The notes below the pieces were generated by a model, which did not search any database, was not told where the DNA came from, and was given only the letters and a program-made list of their open reading frames with translations. A stretch of DNA of 64,000 nt, taken from positions 868,001 to 932,000 of the forward strand of contig AP024664.1 of assembly GCA_024346625.1 (NCBI GenBank), read 5' to 3'. Positions 57,115 through 64,000 of the stretch are shown here, piece by piece. Origin of the DNA: Williopsis jadinii. Its lineage: Eukaryota. Each line of letters starts with the position of its first letter. Position 1 is the first letter of the stretch. The position numbers and the translations under genes were made by a program.

Positions 57115-58227
57115 CTATACTTTGACCCTTTTAGCCTGTCTCTCATCATGATGTAACCTGAGGGCATCGAGTATTCTGGTGTAGTCCTGTCTGATGCCCT
57201 CATAAGCGGTTTGTAGCTTGTCATTTCTCAAGGCTTTGTCCAATTCTGATAGTCCGTCTCTGTTTTTAATGTACAGGCGTTTCTTTATGACAAGTCTGGC
57301 CAGTTTCACGTTCTCGTTGTATAGATACCCCATTTCAACAAGCTTCTTGTATTGGTTCAGCTCTAGCTTGTGGCTTGCAGCATTGGATACAAACCAGGCT
57401 TCATCCAACTTGGAAATGGATGAGGGTAAATTGGAGAGTACACCTTCTTCAAACAACCTCTTAAAGTCGTTTCTATATCTCAAGTCGTCAAACTTCTCGT
57501 TGGGGTCTTCAACACAGATCTCCTGGACCTCAGGATCCGCTAACCAGTAGTTTATCATCGCTTGGTAAAGCTGAGAACCGTGGAGACCATTCTGATGATT
57601 TGGAAGAATAACGAACTGCGAAATCTTGTTTCTTCTCTTGATAGCCTTGTTTGAATCAAACTCTTCTCCACCGTTATACTTGAAGTAAGAGTACGACGTG
57701 GTGAATCCAATGATGGTATCATCCTTACGCATCACAAACAAGCTCCAAAGAGAATCAGAGGTATCAATGTAAGACCCAGCTTCGATAAACATCAGCACCA
57801 GTATCTGTAATCTCTTATTCAACTCAACAGCAAACTCATTGTCAAAGCCATATTTATAAACGGCATACTCATCAAGTTTGGCAATCAATTCGCCGCGTTC
57901 CACTTTCTCCTTCTTGAAAGTCTCCACCCACAGCTGTTCGTCGTCAACAACAGTGCTTGCAGGCAAAAACTCTAGCATCTTGTCCTTCACGTCGTCAACT
58001 TCATCGTTCAGCTTCTCAGAATACGTCACTTTCAAGAATGGTAGAAATGTTGTATAGTGGAAGGCAAGGTTGATCTTCAAATCTTTATATCCAAAGATCT
58101 GCTCTGAATCACCAAAAATTGGATACGTGAAAGCCGGTTTGAAGGAGGTATAGCCATCATCGTCGGCAATGGATATCGACAGCACGTCGTTTGAGGATAC
58201 AGTCCACTTCTCTGGGTCGTATGACAT
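57115..58227 (-). CDS. HAT1: Histone acetyltransferase type B catalytic subunit
   Basis: PEKWTVSSN, F.P.FTYPIFGDSEQIFGYKDL, KISQFVILP, VEDPNEKFDDLR. Conserved start at 58227. Confidence 0.93.
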   Translation of the reverse strand: MSYDPEKWTVSSNDVLSISIADDDGYTSFKPAFTYPIFGDSEQIFGYKDLKINLAFHYTTFLPFLKVTYSEKLNDEVDDVKDKMLEFLPASTVVDDEQLWVETFKKEKVERGELIAKLDEYAVYKYGFDNEFAVELNKRLQILVLMFIEAGSYIDTSDSLWSLFVMRKDDTIIGFTTSYSYFKYNGGEEFDSNKAIKRRNKISQFVILPNHQNGLHGSQLYQAMINYWLADPEVQEICVEDPNEKFDDLRYRNDFKRLFEEGVLSNLPSSISKLDEAWFVSNAASHKLELNQYKKLVEMGYLYNENVKLARLVIKKRLYIKNRDGLSELDKALRNDKLQTAYEGIRQDYTRILDALRLHHDERQAKRVKV

Positions 58228-58503
58228 CTTGTGTATTCTCTTTAGAAGGATGTTGAGGTGGCTCCTCCGGTTGCTGTGGTTGTCATTGTTATTGTAGTTG
58301 TTGTTTTGTCGTTGAAGGTTTTGAAAACCACAAAAAGGTAAATTTCGTGTTTGGTGTCCGGGTGTTCTAAAGAGAAACAACAAGCACTGGGAGACGCTAA
58401 CGGAGAACACCATCGCACTACGGTTTGAGAGCCCAGTTACGTCTAAATCATCGTTTATGTACTCTTCCAAATGTTGGTTTGTCATGTTTCTCAGCTGATA
58501 AGG

Positions 58504-59184
58504 CTAGACAGACCACGATGGGTCCCAATAGTGGACCTTCCCTTTATACACGTCAACCCATAGGTACCCATCGCTAACCATAGACTGTAGCAACTGTTCG
58601 CATTTGATGTAGTCCCACTGTAGATTATCGCAGAGCATTCTTGAGGTGATCGATCCTATTTGGTTCACAATATCGAAGACCATGGTTTGGTCCTTTGTGA
58701 GCCCAATATGAACGTTTTTCAAATACTCATGGTGTCCGATCGTGACGATTTGTAGCTCTTCGTTCAGCATCTGCATCATGGATACACATCGATGGATATC
58801 CTCCTTGACAACGCCACTCTCTTTCAGTTGAGCCAGTAGCTGTGAGACCTTTATCATCCCACCATTGATATCCCTTGTGGAGTTACAGTATTCAATGATT
58901 CTGCAACAAAGCTCGTAATAGAACTCGTTCATCTTGGTATGCTTGCCATAGATCTTCAAGGGGTCGATACCAACGAGTGAACAGGTCTTGACGAATTCGT
59001 TACGTAGTTGCAGGTCCTCTGTTAGTTCGTCGTTGTGTTCGTCCAAGAAATTCATGAGAATCTGCTTAAACAGTTGCAATTGTGTAGATAGCTCCTTGGA
59101 CTTCCTCCTTATAAGAGATTGTCCCAGTTCTGTGAACTGTTGGCTGTTATTATCGAACGCTGATAGTCCATGTCTCTTCATCAT
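58504..59184 (-). CDS. SNF8: ESCRT-II subunit Snf8/Vps22, 226 aa
   Basis: MKRHGLSAFD, F...C..VGIDPL, FYYEL...IIE.C..TRD.NGG, GYLWVD, YWDPSW. Confidence 0.9.
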   Translation of the reverse strand: MMKRHGLSAFDNNSQQFTELGQSLIRRKSKELSTQLQLFKQILMNFLDEHNDELTEDLQLRNEFVKTCSLVGIDPLKIYGKHTKMNEFYYELCCRIIEYCNSTRDINGGMIKVSQLLAQLKESGVVKEDIHRCVSMMQMLNEELQIVTIGHHEYLKNVHIGLTKDQTMVFDIVNQIGSITSRMLCDNLQWDYIKCEQLLQSMVSDGYLWVDVYKGKVHYWDPSWSV

Positions 59185-59399
59185 TATGGCTCCCTCCTGT
59201 CTTTGGTTCTCTACTTATTATTTCTGCTCTGGCACTTTTATGTAAACAGTTGAGGGAGAGTTATCCTGAAGAATCCCGCGCTATCGCGTGTGCGCAGGCA
59301 CTGCCTGCCCGCAGCTTTAAAGACTTACACCGCACTTGAGCTATGAGTACATATCGAATATAAAGGTTTTATATAATGTATCTTTCAGGATTTTAGAAA

Positions 59400-60521
59400 T
59401 TAAACTATTGTGCATTGACCACCACCGTACAATGCCTGTAATGATTCCTCTGTAACTTCACGATCGTTAAGTTTCTTCTTACTCTTAACTTCATTAGGGA
59501 ACTGATGCTTCATGATCTCCATCAATTGATAATCAATGTTCTGTTCTGTAGCATCCATAACAACGGTGTCCCTACACATTGGACATTTCTTTTCACCACG
59601 ACGTTGTAATTTGATCATGCATCTTAAGCAGAAGAAATGATCGCACGAGAGTCTCACTGGTTTATACGCAATGGCAAAGCAAATAGGACAGAGGTAGTCG
59701 TCTAACTGTGGAATCACTCTAACGATGTCCGTACAGATAATCTGTTCCATGGACTGTGTGGACAATTTGGACTCGTGAAAGGTGACCATCTTCGTCAGGT
59801 TCTTCCTTGATTGAAGCATCGTATGCTTGTCGAATTTTTTGATGATCTTCTTCACTGCAATGGCATTCAGCTTTTCGAATTTCAAAAACTGTATCAACTC
59901 CAAGTTCAGGTCGCAGAATTTGTTGAAGAACTTCTCATTCTGCTTTGTATGCTTGAACGATTTGATCAGCTTCAACTCTGTGATGTGCTGAACGAACTGG
60001 TTGAACGTCTTTCTGTTGAAATGGGTCTTCAAATCCAGTTTGAAATCAACATATTGGTTGAAAATCTCTCTCCACAGGTACATATCACTCTTGTGTTTAT
60101 TGTTCCCATCTGTAAGTTGTTTAATCATTGAACTCAAAAGTTGAATCTTTGTCAAGAGCTGTTCCTCGTGAGATTGGTTAAACTGCTCCAGCTCCGTATA
60201 CTGGTGGTACAAGTCGTCAAAGAATTCGTGGTCACTAGCAAGTTTCAACCTCTCTGACCGTATGCTCTCCGTCTCATCGTCACTGTTTCCTTCGAACTTC
60301 AAACGCGCCTCCAAGGAGTCGCCGTGTCTTTCAAACTCATAGTATAAGTGACAATGCTCTGGGTCAGCTGAAACATGTTTGGACAGTCCGATTCTTTCCA
60401 TCTCATCAACAACCCTATTAATACTCTTCTTCAAAGGTTTGTAGTGGATGGACTTCTCAATCCATTCCTCGGGGATTTCATCCTCCTCCAGTTCTTTCTC
60501 AAACGTCTTGCCAAACTTCAT
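59400..60521 (-). CDS. SPX-domain RING (C3HC4) E3 ubiquitin ligase (NLA/Pqr1-like)
   Basis: SPX N-terminus MKFGK..W....YK.LKK, the basic cluster KIIKKFDK, and RING CPIC..CDHFFC..C..CPMCR. Confidence 0.88.
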   Translation of the reverse strand: MKFGKTFEKELEEDEIPEEWIEKSIHYKPLKKSINRVVDEMERIGLSKHVSADPEHCHLYYEFERHGDSLEARLKFEGNSDDETESIRSERLKLASDHEFFDDLYHQYTELEQFNQSHEEQLLTKIQLLSSMIKQLTDGNNKHKSDMYLWREIFNQYVDFKLDLKTHFNRKTFNQFVQHITELKLIKSFKHTKQNEKFFNKFCDLNLELIQFLKFEKLNAIAVKKIIKKFDKHTMLQSRKNLTKMVTFHESKLSTQSMEQIICTDIVRVIPQLDDYLCPICFAIAYKPVRLSCDHFFCLRCMIKLQRRGEKKCPMCRDTVVMDATEQNIDYQLMEIMKHQFPNEVKSKKKLNDREVTEESLQALYGGGQCTIV

Positions 60522-60850
60522 TATCAAAGCATACTATTTGTCCACCAAGTACAGAGTGTCGAGGCAACAGCCACCTTTCCGTCTAAAATGTAAAAAAAAT
60601 CCAATTTATCTATGGGAGGAAGGAAGGAAGAAATGGGACCGTCCTCCAACTTCTGTCCCAGTGCTACTCATCGCACTCATCAAAAGAAAAAAAAAAAGTC
60701 ACTGCGGGTGAAATATGTTGATTGCTATGGCAACGGATGCTTTTAAAGATTTGCGGGCAGCAAAGAAACAACAGGACACCAGCGAATTCGCACAAATTAG
60801 CACAAGTTAACCCCGAATGCGTGCTGTAAACCACACTGAAATTGTGAAGC

Positions 60851-60856
60851 CACGTG
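60851..60856. promoter_or_regulatory. E-box CACGTG (Pho4/Cbf1-type) upstream of the SPX-RING gene
   Basis: GCCACGTG about 330 bp upstream of the ATG. Confidence 0.4.
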
Positions 60857-61149
60857 TATGAGGTTTCATTGATTAGCAAATTGCATTCTCTCTCCTTTGC
60901 TGAGAAATGCCCATGTGAAAAAGACTCTGGTGTAGCTCTCTAGGTGATGCATTGGGTGCTGAGCACATGTAGATGGGGAATGTTTAGCAGCTCAATAACG
61001 AGCCAATGCGCAAGTCCAACCCTTAGCTCTGGTCAGTAGTGGAATTGCATGAATTGAAACACCTTACATCGCTATATAGTTAGTTGTTTCTTGGCAAATG
61101 TAGCAATTGAGCCACGATTCGCCCTAGTATTAAATATCACTTGATCTAA

Positions 61150-61650
61150 AAATTGGCTTACGACTCAACGGTTTAAAGCGTCGTATCGTGCTGAGAGTCC
61201 CCTAGTCCGTTGTAGCGGGCTTTTCCAGCTGTTTCCCCGGCTGCAGTTGAATATAGCGGCGGAGTTAGCAATCAGAGTTCAATTTCCCGTATGAGGCAGA
61301 AGTGTTTTCACCTCCAAAAGGCTGAGGGGCCTGTAATGCCGTGGCTAGCGTGGTCTTCACGCTTTGGACGGAGATTTAAATGGTAATGAATTGAGAGTAA
61401 CGACGATGTATACTGGAATATCAGCGTTGTTATGCTAGTATTTTAGATCCTACTTGCTCAGAGCGCTTTGAAAGAGTAAGATTTGGGGCAGTAGGATCAA
61501 AATGGTATGGTAAAAATAGGTTATAGTTCCCCTTGCAGAAGCTTAGCAGCAAGGAAGGAAAGTGAGGATCTCTGCCCAAAAGCACATCTCCACGTCGAGA
61601 GATGTCAACCTTCGACTACTTCTACATAAGTTGAAAGTTGAAAGTCATGA
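61150..61650 (+). ncRNA. Candidate structured non-coding RNA, family unidentified
   Basis: Several hand-found stems, mostly with G-U pairs on the + strand; no ORF of 60 aa or more; no known RNA signature recognised. Confidence 0.3.
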
Positions 61651-61687
61651 TAGTCATTAAATATGGAATACTATAAAGAAATTCCCT

Positions 61688-63910
61688 TCATTTGTTCACT
61701 TGGACACGTGGTTGAGGTGCAGTGGTAACGAGTGGAGAACCCTTCTGCTGTTGCTGATGTGAGGGCTTTTGATGTTGTAACTGCTGCTGTTGCTGTTGTT
61801 GTTGCTGTTGTTGTTGTAATTTCTGGGCCTGTGTTGATTGTTGTGTTTGAGATTTCTGCTGCTGTTGCTGTTGCTGTTGTCTCTGTTGTTGAGCTTTTTG
61901 CATCTTCTGTAATTGTTGCAGGTACAGCTGTTGTCTTTGTTGTATCATGGCATCCTTCAATGTATCATAAGCCTTCGACAGCAACATACCACCGAATCTA
62001 ATCACCTGTGTATCGTTTGAGATGGTATTCAGTCTAGCAGGATCATCGCTTAGTATGTCGAGTTGGTTATAGCCATCATCGTCAAACTTCCACTGATCAA
62101 GCAATCTCTCCTTGGTATCTTCATCCTCATCTTCGCCAAAGACAATATCGTCATTCCTTGTGGTGTCCCTAGTGTCTATGTACAATTGACCCAATCTTCC
62201 AATTCTTTTTCTCAAAGTCAGTTGGGGACCGCTAACAAGAGACTTCTTCTCATGGAATGGATTATACTTCTCGGGTAAAATTCTTTTGGATTGCCATTTA
62301 GAAGTTTGAGTGTTGAAAACTAACCCATCCTCAGCCTTTGGTAATACACCTTTGGATATGAACTTCTCTACTCCTTCAACATAGCCATAGTTTTCCAGAT
62401 CCAAGAATGATGACGTTATAGAAGAATAAGGTAAATGAGAGGCATCTTCAATCTTGATATGTGGCAAAGTGAGGTTAAGCAATGGACTATAAGCGTCATC
62501 TGTTAAATTGATAAATCCAGCATCCCTTAATTTGCGCTTCTTCAACTTCTCCTCAACGAATTTGGCCATTGAATCCTTCTTGTTGTTGAGTAACCTATCA
62601 ACAGTTTCCAGTTCCATATCAGGAATCTTTGATGGTGGTAACTTCACATATGGTTGGAACTGTTGCTGCTGCTGCTGTTGTTGTTGTAATTGTTGTTGTT
62701 GAGAGTCTATACCATCAGATGAACTACCCACCTTGGACTTGTCGATATTAGCGTTGTTACCAGTTTTTGACAGTACTCTCTTCTTTTCATCTTTAACATC
62801 AGTAGGTTGTTCAGCTTGAGGTGGAGGTGGCACTGGTTTCTTTTTCTTGTGTGCAACAAGATCTTCATCGCTATCTGTGATACCCAATTCACGCTTAACA
62901 CTCTTAACTTTGCAACGAAGTTCAAATATCTCACGTTCAGCTTCGAGCGCCTCCAAACGAAGCTTTTCACGTTCTGCCACTAAGAAACATAGCTCTTTAG
63001 TAGCCTTTAATTCCAAGTACAACTTCACCAATTTCTCGGAACTCTGAACATCTGCTCGTCTTGTCTTTCTCTGTTGTCTGAATTGACGTTGTCTAAAACA
63101 GATATAAGCATCGTTGTCATCTTCACCATTGAACTTAAGAATTGGGGTGATTGTTTGACCATTTCTTTCGATCTTTCTCTTTTTGAAGTGTTCATACACT
63201 ACAAGTCCATACTGAGAAACCAAATACTTCAACTCTCTAGGTTTTTGGGGCAGATGCGCATCAAAGTTTGTAATAAATGGATGGATGTTCAGTTCCTCTG
63301 CTAGCATTCCAGTGACATTTTCCACTGATGACTTATCAATCCTCAATAAAGAATCTGTAATTTCCTCCAATGATAATATCTGGCTGGGATCAGTACTTAG
63401 GAAGGGTTGTTTTTCCGTGATAGTTTTCTCAAAATTATACATCAGAATTTCGAATTCGTCCTCCGTGAGTGGATTCTTCTTACGATCTTTGTTTAACTGT
63501 ACCAAGAACTCCTCATCTGATTCATCCATATTGTAGAGACACCCAGAATAATCCTCCACTTGACAGGAAGATTTGATATAAGACTCCGGATGATGGAAAG
63601 TACCCGTATAGTACTTTTCAGCTTCTGGCCATAGCTTTGAGGCATCTGGAGTTGGGATATACGTATTTGCTGTGTTTGACAATCCAGTCGTTTTCAGAAT
63701 CTTCTGTAAATGCTCCTCACCTTCCTCATTCTTATCCACACCGGTTTCGATCTCTTGTAATTCACGCTGTTGTAGATCTGCATTATCGATATCGCTTATC
63801 TGACTCTGTTTCAAGATTTGCAGTTCAGCCTTTGTAGAGATTTTCCTCTGTCTGAATCTGTTACTCGCAGCACCTCCCTTGACGGAGCCCGCTGCTGATG
63901 CAACTGCCAT
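61688..63910 (-). CDS. EPL1: NuA4 subunit Epl1 (Enhancer of Polycomb), 740 aa
   Basis: RFRQRKIS, IETGVDKNEE.E.HLQ, IPTPDA, YNMDE.DE.FL, YICFR.R..RQ.RKTRR.D; polyQ tracts. Confidence 0.95.
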   Translation of the reverse strand: MAVASAAGSVKGGAASNRFRQRKISTKAELQILKQSQISDIDNADLQQRELQEIETGVDKNEEGEEHLQKILKTTGLSNTANTYIPTPDASKLWPEAEKYYTGTFHHPESYIKSSCQVEDYSGCLYNMDESDEEFLVQLNKDRKKNPLTEDEFEILMYNFEKTITEKQPFLSTDPSQILSLEEITDSLLRIDKSSVENVTGMLAEELNIHPFITNFDAHLPQKPRELKYLVSQYGLVVYEHFKKRKIERNGQTITPILKFNGEDDNDAYICFRQRQFRQQRKTRRADVQSSEKLVKLYLELKATKELCFLVAEREKLRLEALEAEREIFELRCKVKSVKRELGITDSDEDLVAHKKKKPVPPPPQAEQPTDVKDEKKRVLSKTGNNANIDKSKVGSSSDGIDSQQQQLQQQQQQQQQFQPYVKLPPSKIPDMELETVDRLLNNKKDSMAKFVEEKLKKRKLRDAGFINLTDDAYSPLLNLTLPHIKIEDASHLPYSSITSSFLDLENYGYVEGVEKFISKGVLPKAEDGLVFNTQTSKWQSKRILPEKYNPFHEKKSLVSGPQLTLRKRIGRLGQLYIDTRDTTRNDDIVFGEDEDEDTKERLLDQWKFDDDGYNQLDILSDDPARLNTISNDTQVIRFGGMLLSKAYDTLKDAMIQQRQQLYLQQLQKMQKAQQQRQQQQQQQQKSQTQQSTQAQKLQQQQQQQQQQQQLQHQKPSHQQQQKGSPLVTTAPQPRVQVNK

Positions 63911-64000
63911 GATGTTGAAAACGGAAATGTGTAGTGTGATGAGATGAGATCAACTGAAACTGAAAATGACGATAAAAACGAAATAAAAATACCCAAAAAA

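Noticed and set aside
61138..61149. Minus strand reads TTAGATCAAGTG, identical to part of the yeast U2 snRNA 5' region
   Set aside because: The adjoining branch-recognition sequence (TAGTATCTG) and stem I are absent, so it is not U2. No convincing C/D box context for a guide RNA; likely chance.
61190..61205. GAGAGTCCCC resembling RNase MRP CR-I
   Set aside because: No matching CR-V (GGGGCTYA) or GARAR-loop hairpin found downstream.
60527..61688. Point centromere in the SPX-RING/EPL1 gap
   Set aside because: CACGTG is not in RTCAC context, and there is no long AT-rich CDEII or CCGAA CDEIII.

Overview
Gene-dense eukaryotic DNA from a budding yeast (Saccharomycotina) using the standard code: CTG sits at a conserved Leu position in MRPL19 (GPALGSKG). 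Short GT..TACTAAC/T..AG introns and gene content suggest a non-WGD, non-CTG lineage such as Phaffomycetaceae (inference only). About 30 protein genes are recognisable: RIM4, UBP10, RRI1/CSN5, SWT21, MRPL19, ARO9-like, HMO1, RSM24, NGG1, MAS1, CSN2, an RSM28-like gene, an OCH1-family GT32, OSH1/2, SKG3/CAF120, an MNN1-family GT71, RAD53, a 2OG-Fe(II) dioxygenase, VNX1, KRE1, CDC33, RTC1, a BEM46-like gene, ULA1, AVT1, REC8, LSP1, HAT1, SNF8, an SPX-RING E3 ligase and EPL1. Six introns missed by the ORF track were reconstructed by hand (RIM4, HMO1, OSH, KRE1 x2, REC8). Most notable: (1) a duplicated, frame-symmetric cassette exon in KRE1; (2) a hairpin-dense, ORF-free ~500 nt ncRNA candidate next to EPL1; (3) a GGCGGTTAA URS1 variant at the start codons of both meiotic genes; (4) single-base lesions that break REC8 splicing and the dioxygenase frame; (5) an open frame joining SNF8 to HAT1 across one TAG; (6) a probable decayed amino-acid permease; (7) a block of genes that are centromere-linked in S. 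cerevisiae. No tRNA, rRNA, transposon or CRISPR was recognised. Gene names come from recalled protein similarity and synteny, not from searches.
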